DNA of 63,342 nucleotides, counting the filler, from Octopus bimaculoides (lineage: Eukaryota), in the NCBI RefSeq assembly GCF_001194135.2. It is 6 parts of 6 records of this genome, joined end to end, with 100 filler letters (N's around TTAATTAATTAA, not from the genome) between each part and the next. Parts side by side here need not be neighbours in the genome. Positions count along the whole stretch, not along the records: positions 24,282 to 53,451 come from NC_069005.1; positions 53,552 to 58,943 come from NC_068989.1; positions 59,044 to 61,363 come from NW_026415073.1; positions 61,464 to 63,342 come from NC_068996.1; 2 more parts are not named here. One strand, 5' to 3'. Numbering within the stretch: position 1 is the first letter of the stretch; every line of letters starts with the position of its first letter. Positions 51,071-63,264 of the stretch are shown in pieces. The notes under the pieces were generated by a model. It was not told the origin of the DNA. It did no database searches and saw only the letters and a program-made list of their open reading frames with translations. The position numbers and the translations under genes were made by a program.

Positions 51071-51089
51071 TAGGAGTGTCATTATCATC

Positions 51090-51290
51090 ATTGTTTAATA
51101 TCTACTTTTCTATGCTCGCATAGATCAGACAATATACTGCAACTGATTTCCTATGACTGAATGCTCTTCCTCATGCCAACCTTCACTCATTTCCAAGCAA
51201 GGAAATATTTCACCATGGAAGACTGGAAACAAACAACACTGCTTGTATGACAGTGATGCCCATTTACACTCATCACATAATCTGAAGACA
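51090..51290 (-). mobile_element. Family D repeat
   Basis: tcttcctcatgccaaccttcactcatttccaagcaaggaaatatttc. Confidence 0.65.
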
Positions 51291-51634
51291 AAAGCATATA
51301 TATATATATATATATATANNNNNNNNNNNNNNNNNNNNNNNNNNNNNNNNNNNNNNNNNNNNNNNNNNNNNNNNNNNNNNNNNNNNNNNNNNNNNNNNNN
51401 NNNNNNNNNNNNNNNNNNNNNNNNNNNNNNNNNNNNNNNNNNNNNNNNNNNNNNNNNNNNNNNNNNNNNNNNNNNNNNNNNNNNNNNNNNNNNNNNNNNN
51501 NNNNNNNNNNNNNNNNNNNNNNNNNNNNNNNNNNNNNNNNNNNNNNNNNNNNNNNNNNTGAATAAAATCATAATTAACTGATCCTCCTGTATTTTCTTTT
51601 ACACAAAACCAAGAATTTTTCCACATCATGTGGG

Positions 51635-51678
<44 letters not shown>

Positions 51679-51699
51679 CATACACATACACACATACAC

Positions 51700-51857
51700 A
51701 CGATGGGCTTTTTTCAGTTTGTTTTCTCTACCAAATCCACCAACAGGGCTTCAGTCTTTGGTCAGCCTGAGGCTTATAGTAGATATTTGCTTAAGGTGCT
51801 GTGCAGTTGGAGCCAAAGCCATATGGTTGGGAAGCAAGCTTCTAAACCACACAGCCA
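51700..51857 (-). mobile_element. Family B SINE head, diverged
   Basis: gggcttttttcagttt...accaaatccac...gggaagcaagcttctaaaccacacagcc. Confidence 0.7.
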
Positions 51858-51938
51858 CCATTTCCATATATGGCAGAAATACTGAAATGTATATTTAGAC
51901 CAGCACTACAGTACCAACTGCTCCACCACATATTGGTT

Positions 51939-51982
<44 letters not shown>

Positions 51983-52376
51983 AAACACACACATACACAC
52001 ACTAACAGACACACACATACAGAACCAAAATACTCTTTTAATAATTTAATTTATTGGAAAAAACAAAAGAAATTCTACCTAAAAAGAAAATTCATAATAA
52101 AGAATATAAAACATTAAAAAATGGTAATTGTTTACCAGGTGCACAGTAGGTGATTAATTGGAGTGCTGACTTACTAAGCCCAAAGTTCAAGGGTATATAT
52201 ACAGAGTGTACACCACACGGTCACAAAAGCCATTTTCTATATTTTGTCTATTTTGGAAAGTAAATTATTTGAAATTTATTGCAATGACTTATAAACAGCT
52301 ATTATGGTTTGTTAGCTTAAACATTTGTCATATGGTGAGTTGCTTGTTACTGTGGCCAATATGAATAATAAATGAG

Positions 52377-52738
52377 AAGGCAGTGAGCTGACAAAACCGT
52401 TAGCACTCCAAACAAAACACATTGTCATATCATCCGTCGATGCATTTTAAGGGGGTAAGCTGCCAAAATCATTAGCACTCTGGACAAAATGCTTAGCATC
52501 ATATTGTACATCTTTATGTTTTAAGGCAGCAAGCTGGCAGAATTGTTAGCACACTGGCCAAAATGCTCAGTGGTATTTTGCCTGTCTTAACATTCTGAGC
52601 TCAAATTTTGCTGAGGTCAACTTTGCTTTTCGTTCTTTCAGGATTGATAAAATAAGTACCAGTTGAGTACTAGGATTGATGTAATCAACTTAACCCTCCC
52701 CAAAATTGCTGGCCTTGTGCTAAATTTTGAAACCAATA
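52377..52738 (+). mobile_element. Family A SINE preceded by two extra head copies
   Basis: Heads aagg..g.gagctg.caaaa.c.ttagcac at about 52377, 52450 and 52523; only the third continues into core and tail. Confidence 0.7.
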
Positions 52739-53199
52739 TGAATAACAAGTGAACAGTATGTAACTTCATTAACTACTCCTACCTGCAGTATGCAAGGTTA
52801 GGTGGAAACCTTGCACAATACAGGTTGGGTACTGTGCTAGGTACCCTACCTGAAAGCTAAAATGTCTAAATAAACCTAAGAACTTAATTAAGCAAACTAA
52901 GTGCTTTATTTAGTGAAATAGCTAACAGATGTTTATTTTTAAGTATCAATTTCTTTTGAAGTTCAGGGCTGATTTTAGTATTTAAAAATATCAGTTACAA
53001 CAGAAGAATACAACTGTGAAAAAAAGACTCTGAAGAGCCCAAATATTTTCCTTGGTCTTATTTTCTGCTAATTATATCAGTTTGTTAATGAATTAGTAGG
53101 TGGATGCCCAAAATGAAGTTACATTGAAGATTACTCATAAAGAAGGGCAGTAACTCTATATAAGAATTGATTCAAGATAGAAGTTTTTAGCCCACTTAC

Positions 53200-53249
53200 A
53201 GACAGCAATGGTGGCATGGATAAAATGCATCCAATCCACATTGTAAGAC
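53200..53249 (-). other. Candidate 50-nt internal exon of an unidentified gene
   Basis: Minus strand ttgttgttgtgcag|GTCTTAC...GCTGTCT|gtaagt; consensus donor, open in all three frames; no product assignable. Confidence 0.35.
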
Positions 53250-53292
53250 CTGCACAACAACAAAGTTTGCACTTTTTCTCTGTTGATTTTTG

Positions 53293-53450
53293 TGCCAGAT
53301 GATGAAAACTGCAGTGAGTAGTGAGGTACTGTGGCACCGACCCAACTCATGCCAGATGATGAAAACTGCAGTGAGTAGTGAGGTACTGTGGCACCGACCC
53401 AACTCATGCCAGATGATGAAAACTGCAGTGAGTAGTGAGGTACTGTGGCA
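53293..53450. repeat. 57-bp tandem repeat (2.8 identical units running into a gap)
   Basis: Unit tgccagatgatgaaaactgcagtgagtagtgaggtactgtggcaccgacccaactca. Confidence 0.85.
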
Positions 53451-53612
53451 TNNNNNNNNNNNNNNNNNNNNNNNNNNNNNNNNNNNNNNNNNNNNTTAAT
53501 TAATTAANNNNNNNNNNNNNNNNNNNNNNNNNNNNNNNNNNNNNNNNNNNNCCTAAGCAACAGTAACATCCACCCTTAGGGGTCAGCCACATTTAAATGG
53601 CAAATATACTTC

Positions 53613-53654
<42 letters not shown>

Positions 53655-53750
53655 GTATGTATGTATGTACATTCGTACGTACGTATGTATGCATTTACTA
53701 TACATATATGTGTATGTGTGCGTAAGTGTATTTATATAATACTGTATTAT

Positions 53751-53980
53751 AGATCCATTTCAGCTGATTTTACTAGTCGGTTTCGTACAGAGAGTGTGTG
53801 AAAGTCCAACTCCCGGCACTGACCAGAATACCTGATATGAAGCGTATGGCCCTCTCTTTATATCCATTCGTCTTCTACACGATATATGTATATCCCACTT
53901 TTCTTACATGTGGTGGGAATAAGTTTTCCCCCAAACTCTCGTGAAAGAATCCGATTGGTATAATCGACTGAAATGGATCT
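53751..53980. mobile_element. Unclassified MITE-like element
   Basis: Terminal inverted repeats agatccatttcagctgatttta / taatcgactgaaatggatct. Confidence 0.55.
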
Positions 53981-54341
53981 CTAATGCTGTATTGTATAAA
54001 TATTTATATCTCCTCTCTTTTGACAAATATACGATTGGATGTTTTTCTGTCTGACACATGGATCTTTAGACTAATATACATATATACATACATGTATGTG
54101 CACGCGCGAGTGTGCATATGTATAAGTATATCTATTTATCTTTGTTTATGTGTATATAAATATTTATATATTTCTTCTCACTTTTCTTCTCTCTCTCCTT
54201 CTCTCTCTCTGTATATATATAACAACTAATGGATAATGTTTCAATCTACTACACCTGTTTCCAACGAGTTTTTAACTGATTAATGGAGAAAATACATTAT
54301 TAGAATAAGCCGATTTCATCAGGTGAATACATGAATCACAG

Positions 54342-54416
54342 CATTTAAAAAACATTCAACATCCAACATTTAAAAACATTCAAAATCCAACATTTAAAAA
54401 TATTCAGCATCCAACA
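54342..54416. repeat. 24-bp minisatellite x3
   Basis: catttaaaaacattcaa(c/a)atccaa units. Confidence 0.8.
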
Positions 54417-55104
54417 GTTTATGCCACTTCATGATTCTATGACCAGTGCTGTTCTTCAAGTTTAAAACGCCAGAAGGGAAATAAATAAAACAGCAGGATG
54501 TTACAACTTCTGCATTTGAACGACTGGCTGCAACAGATGGGGAACGTAAGACGTGAACTTGCATTCGTAGAGAGGATGTAGAAGAACAGAGAAAATATGT
54601 GAAAGAGGGAGAAGAAAAGAGAAATGAAAAGCGGAAGAGAGTGCGTACAAGTGAGATAGAGGCCAAAAATGTTTCATGTCTGAATTTAAAACGCTGCTAC
54701 TTCCGTTTTTTTTAGTAACGCGATCTTGGATTACGTTTCATATGATATATATATATAGTAAATACGTGTGTGTGTGTGTATATANNNNNNNNNNNNNNNN
54801 NNNNNNNNNNNNNNNNNNNNNNNNNNNNNNNNNNNNNNNNNNNNNNNNNNNNNNNNNNNNNNNNNNNNNNNNNNNNNNNNNNNNNNNNNNNNNNNNNNNN
54901 NNNNNNNNNNNNNNNNNNNNNNNNNNNNNNNNNNNNNNNNNNNNNNNNNNNNNNNNNNNNNNNNNNNNNNNNNNNNNNNNNNNNNNNNNNNNNNNNNNNN
55001 NNNNNNNNNNNNNNNNNNNNNNNNNNNNNNNNNNNNNNNNNNNNNNNNNNNNNNNNNNNNNNNNNNNNNNNNNNNNNNNNNNNNNNNNNNNNNNNNNNNN
55101 NNNN

Positions 55105-55153
<49 letters not shown>

Positions 55154-55818
55154 TAGATATATATATATATATGCGTATACATATTTATATACATACACAG
55201 ATACATGAATATATGTACATACACACACACACACATATATATTTCTATATATGTATATGTACGTATGTCTTATGTATACATATACACACTCTACTCACTA
55301 TCTTCACTTGCGGTTCGTTAAGCAACGCCTACGTTGATATCATTTAGCATCGTCTGCTCACCGCATCCACAATCAAGCGTTCTCCCTAATACTGTCTGTA
55401 AGCATATGATATGATATAAATTTTCTCCTTTCATTTATATTTACAGATCATTGTTCTCCTCGTCTTCATGGTGTTGGGTTGCTTTAATTACTTCAGAGCT
55501 AATCCTAATCCCAATCCATCAATCAGTCTTTCTTTTTTTTTTTTTTCTTTTTTTCTTTCTTTTTTTGCTTTCTGTCCAGGACTGAACAAAGAAAAAAAAT
55601 ATATTTGACACTTAGCAAACCATTTATATTCATCACTGACACCAGTCATATGTAACTCGGTAATTTTCGCCATTTTATATATGCTGTGTGTATGTTTGTG
55701 TATATATGTCCGTAAGTAAGTAAATGTGTGTATATGTATACATATGTATATGTATGTGTGTATTTGTATCTATGTATATATATGTATATGTCTGAATCTG
55801 TGAATGTGTGTGTGTATG

Positions 55819-55851
<33 letters not shown>

Positions 55852-56281
55852 GTATATATATATATATATATNNNNNNNNNNNNNNNNNNNNNNNNNNNNN
55901 NNNNNNNNNNNNNNNNNNNNNNNNNNNNNNNNNNNNNNNNNNNNNNNNNNNNNNNNNNNNNNNNNNNNNNNNNNNNNNNNNNNNNNNNNNNNNNNNNNNN
56001 NNNNNNNNNNNNNNNNNNNNNNNNNNNNNNNNNNNNNNNNNNNNNNNNNNNNNNNNNNNNNNNNNNNNNNNNNNNNNNNNNNNNNNNNNNNNNNNNNNNN
56101 NNNNNNNNNNNNNNNNNNNNNNNNNNNNNNNNNNNNNNNNNNNNNNNNNNNNNNNNNNNNNNNNNNNNNNNNNNNNNNNNNNNNNNNNNNNNNNNNNNNN
56201 NNNNNNNNNNNNNNNNNNNNNNNNNNNNNNNNNNNNNNNNNNNNNNNNNNNNNNNNNNNNNNNNNNNNNNNNNNNNNNNNN

Positions 56282-56317
<36 letters not shown>

Positions 56318-56786
56318 CATACACATATACATGCATTAATGTACGCACATATATGCATACACATATATTAATGTAGGCGAAAGAAAGACTACGATTAATC
56401 AATAATAAAAGCAGGCTGATATAATTTATTCAAAGCTGAATACTTAAAAAGAAATTGCTATTTTCAGTTTCACACTGCCGATCTTCGGGCGATTATGGAA
56501 AGTGAAACATTAAGCTTCATATATAGAGAGTATACAGAAAATATTAGTCTGATGTTAGCGTATCTGTTAACCTATTTATTATGTTGAGGACTGATAGGTA
56601 AACACAAGGTTACAAAAGAATAGTATTGGTTGACAGTGTAATAAGTGTATGTCAAATGTGTTGAGTTGGAAAGGAGTATAACTTTGCGACATGTACCATG
56701 TTTTTACACATTGTTTCAGGTGCTTCTGTAGTCACGAACAGACACAGTCAAAACACTCACACACATACACACACACGCACACACTT

Positions 56787-56818
<32 letters not shown>

Positions 56819-57059
56819 GCACATACACACACTTTCTCTATTCTCTCTCTCTCCCTCTCTCTCTTTCTTTCTTATTCTCTCTGACCTTCAACCCTTGACC
56901 CAGCAGAAAATACTTTTTTCCTCTTTATTCGTTTCATTGTTTAAAGTGTTACTTCGTTTATATCAATTTGTTTCGTAGATTCTGTTGAGCACTTTGTGAT
57001 AAAGAATATCAATAAATATATTCATTCACAGAGAAATCTACTTGTTTAGCCATTTGAAA

Positions 57060-57332
57060 TATGTCCAGTACTTATTCTATCAATTGTCGAACTGCTAAGT
57101 TGGGGGGACATAAATAAACACAAAACAGACACGCACATGCACACATATACATATAAATGTGTGTGCGCGCGCGCACACCTCCACAGTTTCTCTCTGTCAC
57201 ATTAACTAACGAGATTTTGGTCGATCCAAGCCATTATAGAAAATCCTTGAACAAAGAGCAGCGCAGTCGGACTGAACCCGAAAACACATTGTTGCATAGC
57301 GAGCTTCTTAACCAGACAGCCACGCCTTTGCA
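57060..57332 (-). mobile_element. Diverged composite family B SINE
   Basis: gtacttattctat...gctaagtt tail remnant; ggactgaacccg...ttaaccagacagcc head. Confidence 0.6.
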
Positions 57333-58468
57333 TATATATATATATATATATATATATANNNNNNNNNNNNNNNNNNNNNNNNNNNNNNNNNNNNNNNNNN
57401 NNNNNNNNNNNNNNNNNNNNNNNNNNNNNNNNNNNNNNNNNNNNNNNNNNNNNNNNNNNNNNNNNNNNNNNNNNNNNNNNNNNNNNNNNNNNNNNNNNNN
57501 NNNNNNNNNNNNNNNNNNNNNNNNNNNNNNNNNNNNNNNNNNNNNNNNNNNNNNNNNNNNNNNNNNNNNNNNNNNNNNNNNNNNNNNNNNNNNNNNNNNN
57601 NNNNNNNNNNNNNNNNNNNNNNNNNNNNNNNNNNNNNNNNNNNNNNNNNNNNNNNNNNNNNNNNNNNNNNNNNNNNNNNNNNNNNNNNNNNNNNNNNNNN
57701 NNNNNNNNNNNNNNNNNNNNNNNNNNNNNNNNNNNNNNNNNNNNNNNNNNNNNNNNNNNNNNNNNNNNNNNNNNNNNNNNNNNNNNNNNNNNNNNNNNNN
57801 NNNNNNNNNNNNNNNNNATATGCCATATATATCCATTATTATGTATGGATATGTGTGTATATACACATATATATACATGTACATATTTATATTTATATAT
57901 GTATATATGCATGTATATAAATATGTATGTCTATATGTCTAAATACACACACACAGACACACACACACGCACACACACACACAAACACACATACACATAC
58001 ACATATATCATTCCCTCGTCGGCTACGCGTGACAAACTTGCAGGAGCTTTTACTTTGCCACCGGCAGTTAGAACTGATTTCAAACCGACAAAGATGTGCC
58101 TACGGACAGAAGTATTGCAGAACCTGCATTTGTTTCTTCTCTCAGAAACAAATGAAGCTCCTCGAGAGAATACTGTTGTTTTGAATTGATTGTTTGTTTA
58201 CCTGAAATTCAACAATAAACATTCTAAACGTATGTTTATCTTCTTCTACTCAGTTGTTCTCTCTACTACATACACCGTACCACAGTAATTTAGGGAGCCT
58301 CTCTATATTCATTTGACCTGCTAGAAAGAGAAGCCAAATCTCCATTTAGTCATACCGCTCTTGTCTTAATACAGGAAATACACTTTAGATTATGACGTTT
58401 TTGGTTACTTACCGTCATCACACACACACACACATATATATACACATACATATAATATATATATATAT

Positions 58469-58507
<39 letters not shown>

Positions 58508-59284
58508 ATGTGTGTGCATACGCGAGTGTGTATTAGCGTGTGAAGGAAAAATAAGGATAAACACAGGTTTCTATTATAGTTTCTGCGTGCGTTTCACCAT
58601 TAAGGCTGTTTGGAAACCTGCAATTGGTGTTCCAAGTGTATTGAGATCAGTAACAGTACGGAATCGTAAAATATATTTGCCAACTAAATGTGGCGGTCCT
58701 ATAGAGGACGGTTTTACTGTTGTTTTGTAGCAGCCTGTGTCTGATTAGTATTTGCGAGGGATGTCATCGCTCCCATAGTATATGTAAATAAACGAATAAT
58801 AAAATTAATTAACTACAGGAGGACGTGCACAAGGAATGTATTAACTTGACGTTTCGAGCCTAGCTCTTAGTTGGAAAGGAGAAAAGGAAAAGTCCAGCAC
58901 ATGTGTAGTTACATTGCCCCCTCTCTCTCTCTCTCTCTCTCTCNNNNNNNNNNNNNNNNNNNNNNNNNNNNNNNNNNNNNNNNNNNNTTAATTAATTAAN
59001 NNNNNNNNNNNNNNNNNNNNNNNNNNNNNNNNNNNNNNNNNNNATATATACATATATATATATTTATATATACATATATATATACGTATATACACATACA
59101 CACAAACATATATATATTGAGATGCATTGGTCATCAGAGTTTCCTTGGTCCGGTTATTTATCTAATTTACTGTGGTTAAAGGCACGGTTGAGTTCTTGCG
59201 GATGACTTTACCCGCTTTTTTTTCCCGTCTAAGGTAATATTTACTCAATGAATACTGATAAATCTATGTATTAATATAAATATA

Positions 59285-59412
59285 ATATAAATGCATGGTT
59301 CGGTATTCAATCCCACTGTGTTACACATTGGGCAAGTGTCTTCTACTATATCCACGGGCCGACCAGAAGCCTTGTGGTAGATTTGGAAGACGGAAACTGA
59401 AAGAAGCCCGTC

Positions 59413-59454
<42 letters not shown>

Positions 59455-59660
59455 ATATCTGTTTGTCCCCCACCCCCCAACCATCGGTTGACAACTGGTG
59501 TGGGTGTGTGTACGTCACCGTAACTTAGTGGTTCGGCATAAGATAACGATAGAATAAGTACGAGGCTTGCAAAGAATAAGTCCTGTGATCGATTTGTTTG
59601 ACTAAAAGCGGTGCTCCAGCATGGCCGCAGTCACATGACTGAAACAAGTAAAAGAATAAA
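59285..59660 (+). mobile_element. Composite family B SINE
   Basis: Head 59285-59415, (TA)n linker, tail 59460-59660. Confidence 0.85.
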
Positions 59661-59968
59661 AGAATATATTCATACACACACGCATACATACATATGTCTT
59701 TCTTTGTCTTTCTGCGCGTGTGTTTTATATACTCTAAATCATATGTACAGGGTTGGTCAAAAGTCACCTGACAGTAAAACAAAACCATTTAATTCCAAGA
59801 TCTATTTATGTTGAAATCAAATTTACGTTTAGCATAACATGCTTTCAGTAAAAGCATCTAAATATTCATATTTGAAATGAATAAATAAAATTGAATATTA
59901 AGTATTTATGGAATTTTTATTTACAGTTGGGTGACTTATGTGTACATGTATGTATGTATGTATAAGTT

Positions 59969-60049
<81 letters not shown>

Positions 60050-60272
60050 ACATATATATATGTATATATATATACATATACGTATCTATAAATAAATTTA
60101 TATATATATGTGTATATATTTATTTATATATANNNNNNNNNNNNNNNNNNNNNNNNNNNNNNNNNNNNNNNNNNNNNNNNNNNNNNNNNNNNNNNNNNNN
60201 NNNNNNNNNNNNNNNNNNNNNNNNNNNNNNNNNNNNNNNNNNNNNNNNNNNNNNNNNNNNNNNNNNNNNNNN

Positions 60273-60307
<35 letters not shown>

Positions 60308-60339
60308 TTATATATATATACATATATATAAAATTGAAG

Positions 60340-60470
60340 AAATTGGAGTGAACAAGGAGTACGGTTGGGCAGTTATTTTTTTAAATCACTACAATTATGT
60401 CCATCCAACGTGGTTGTAGTGATTAAAAAATAACTGTCCAGTCGTACACCTTTTTGTTGACTCTAATTCC
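60340..60470. repeat. Long imperfect inverted repeat (about 60 bp arms, about 12 nt spacer)
   Basis: Arms 60340-60398 and 60411-60470 align in reverse complement. Confidence 0.8.
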
Positions 60471-60612
60471 TGCACTTGTATATTCACACTAGACGAATAC
60501 CCAAACACTAACATGGAAGTATAAATAATGTTATCGGATAATATTGGGTAATTCTGAATGTGGACGACCTTTATGCTGTACTCTGCCACGTTCCTAACGG
60601 AATATACTATAA

Positions 60613-60655
<43 letters not shown>

Positions 60656-60724
60656 CATACATACAGCTATCTTGCTACCAATCAATATACTGACTGTTAA
60701 CGTTCGTGCGTGTAAGGAACACGT

Positions 60725-60980
60725 GTTCTCGAAGGCAGAGTGTTGCACTCACAATCACCAGCTCATTTGTTCGAATCCCTAGTGAATGGTTTGTTGTTTT
60801 CTTCAGCAAAGCACTTATTTACTTTGCTCTGCAATCACTTCGACATCTGCCGGGCACCTGTTCTGGCAATGTCGATTTGATGGAGGGGAGTGAGCTAATG
60901 TACCACACAAACATTTAATCACGATAAACAAATTACCTATGCAGGTTGATCAGCGAAAAATTGCGGAATCCTCTTCTGTT
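60725..60980 (+). mobile_element. Diverged tRNA-derived SINE
   Basis: B box gttcgaatccc, then tcttcagcaaagcacttt CORE/V-like segment. Confidence 0.5.
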
Positions 60981-61704
60981 GTCTCCGAACGCATTATCCA
61001 GAATATATATGTTTATATATATATATATATATATATATGATATATACATATATTCGAGTTGGGGTATATATGCCTGGTGTTTAGCATGAAGCACTTCCAC
61101 AGATATCGGCAGTCAGCGCATTTAAAAATCGGGAGTTTTTTTCACACAACTACAATACTCGAATTTTGAGTAAATCTCAAAATATCCATAGATTATTTGC
61201 AAAGATAACAATCAAAGAATGAAATTAGCCAATCATCTTGAAGCATTAAAAGGATTTGCTAACTGCTCTCTTTTCTTTGCTTCAAATTCAAATTTATTTT
61301 CATTAAATTTCTAAATTTCTATGTCTTTGTACAGCTGAGGATTGCTCTACATTTTATATTTGANNNNNNNNNNNNNNNNNNNNNNNNNNNNNNNNNNNNN
61401 NNNNNNNTTAATTAATTAANNNNNNNNNNNNNNNNNNNNNNNNNNNNNNNNNNNNNNNNNNNNGTTTTTGGTACCGAAAGACTTTCAAACTTCGTATACT
61501 TATCTATTTTGTGTTATAGAACAGAAAAATATTTTTGTATTCGAATTTATTTCATGTAAAAAATTGTCTTATTTCGATAATTTCAACCAATCACTGACAA
61601 GTATTCAGTTGTTTACATTTACTCCTTTGGCTCATTAAGCGATGTAAAGCGTATTTAATCTCCATGCCTTCGTTTTATTTGCTTTTTTCATTTTAAATTT
61701 GCTT

Positions 61705-61748
61705 TAACCCTAACCATAACCCTAGAGTTAGGGTTAGGGTTAGGGTTA
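61705..61748. repeat. Inverted telomere-like hexamers (TAACCC)n then (TTAGGG)n
   Basis: taaccctaaccataaccctagagttagggttagggttagggtta. Confidence 0.8.
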
Positions 61749-61761
61749 ATTGTTACAGAAG

Positions 61762-61807
<46 letters not shown>

Positions 61808-62100
61808 CGCGCGCGCATGTTCCTTATGCATTCGAAAACTGAATTGCCGATTTTGACATATGGGGCATCAAAAGATTCTGTAATTTTTCTACGTTATCTC
61901 AACAACCAGCTTTAGTTATTTGGAAGACACTGCTCTACAACGACCAGATTTCGCTAGGAAATGAAAATAATTCAATTTGAACCAAAATTACAAAGTGTTG
62001 CATTACGAGAGTGACGATGTGTGAATAATGAAAGTAATGTTTCTCCGAATTAGTCACAGCTGCACTATAATAAAGAAGGATGCTTATCTATCTATATATG

Positions 62101-62784
62101 TTGGGTCATCTCATAGGTAATGCTGTTTTTTTTTTTTTTCAATTGCATGAACTAAAAGTCGGAGGGGGACGGGATAAACTACCTGCATCAACTTGCTATA
62201 AAAGCAGGTAGTAATTTTAGCTTGTCCTCACTTTTAGTGCAAACTATGAAGGGTGAAGTTCGATTTTCACAGTTATTTTTTCAAAGCTATAACGGAAGTG
62301 ACAAAGGAGCATATCCGCCATATTTTGCTTTACAGCCTGTCATTTAAGTCAGCGTTTGAAGAAAAACGACCATCTATGGTTTCAAGGCGAAAGGTGTTCT
62401 TCCATCAGGATAATACTCGGCCACATACAGCAAGGATGACATTCCAAAGGCTGGAGCAGTTTGAATGGGAAACGATGCCCCATCCACCATATTCACCGGA
62501 CATTGCCCCATTTGATTATCATTTATTCAGCAGTCTTCAAAATCATTTGGATGGGAAAATTATGAATTCTGTAGACAAGGTCAGAACAGTACTGGAGGAG
62601 TACTTTTCATCACAGACAAGGTGAATTTTGGAAGAAGAGCCTTGCAAGTCTAGCAGATAGATGGAAGAGCATTGTAGAAAATGAAGGAGAGTATATTTTA
62701 GATTAAAAAAGAACTTTGTTTATCTTAGTTTTGAAAAATTCAAGAAGCATTAAAAAAAACTGCATTATTTATGGGATGATACAA
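62101..62784 (+). mobile_element. Internally deleted mariner (DD34D) element
   Basis: TIRs ttgggtcatctcataggtaatgctg / tgcattatttatgggatgatacaa; EVTKEHIRHILLY joined to KVFFHQDNTRPH...HPPYSPDIAPFDYHLF; after frameshift EFWKKSLASLADRWKSIVENEGEYILD*. Confidence 0.9.
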
Positions 62785-63150
62785 TATAAAGGTTACCAAA
62801 TAAACTGTTTTTGACAGAACTCATTTTTACTACTAAAATAACTTCGGAAACGAGGTCGGGTCGCACAATTTTTAGGTCATTTTCGGGCAATATTTCGAGT
62901 TGCTTCTAATGTTTGCCTTTCGTTCGATGTTTCACGCATGCGTAGAATTCTACTCAGACATACATTTATGAAACTGTACACATAAATATTGTATTAAAAT
63001 AATCCACAGCCCCCCAAAATTCATTAAATGACATCCATTTCTCTATTATATGTTGTGAGGAAATACAGTCACTCTCTCACATGCACACGCACACATAAAT
63101 GCAAAAAAGATGTATGCATATGTATTTATGTGCATGTATATGAAAGATAA

Positions 63151-63264
63151 TGTGTGTGTGTGTGTGTGTGTGTGTGTGAGTGTGTGAGAGAGAGAGAGAG
63201 AGAGAGAGCCACTTACAAATACATGACAACAGACACCTTTACTCACTCACTCACTACTCACTCA

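Noticed and set aside
53293-53450. CRISPR-like array
   Set aside because: No spacers, eukaryotic context, no cas genes.
54500-54546. Plus-strand segment ending in a GTAAGA donor
   Set aside because: No pyrimidine-rich acceptor and no product; too weak to call.
56455-56500. Minus-strand ccgaagatcgg...ctgaaa HHR-like remnant
   Set aside because: Core substitutions and no consistent stems.
58845-58880. Minus-strand gagctaggctcgaaacgtcaag (stem II, GAAA, GUC present)
   Set aside because: 5' core reads ccaactaa instead of CUGANGA; related to the 20501 motif but degraded.
2036-60419. Long ORFs rich in [16 protein letters not shown] or X
   Set aside because: Translations of microsatellites and N gaps.
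61705-61748. Telomere fusion site or G-quadruplex
   Set aside because: Wrong repeat order for a fusion; only three GGG tracts.
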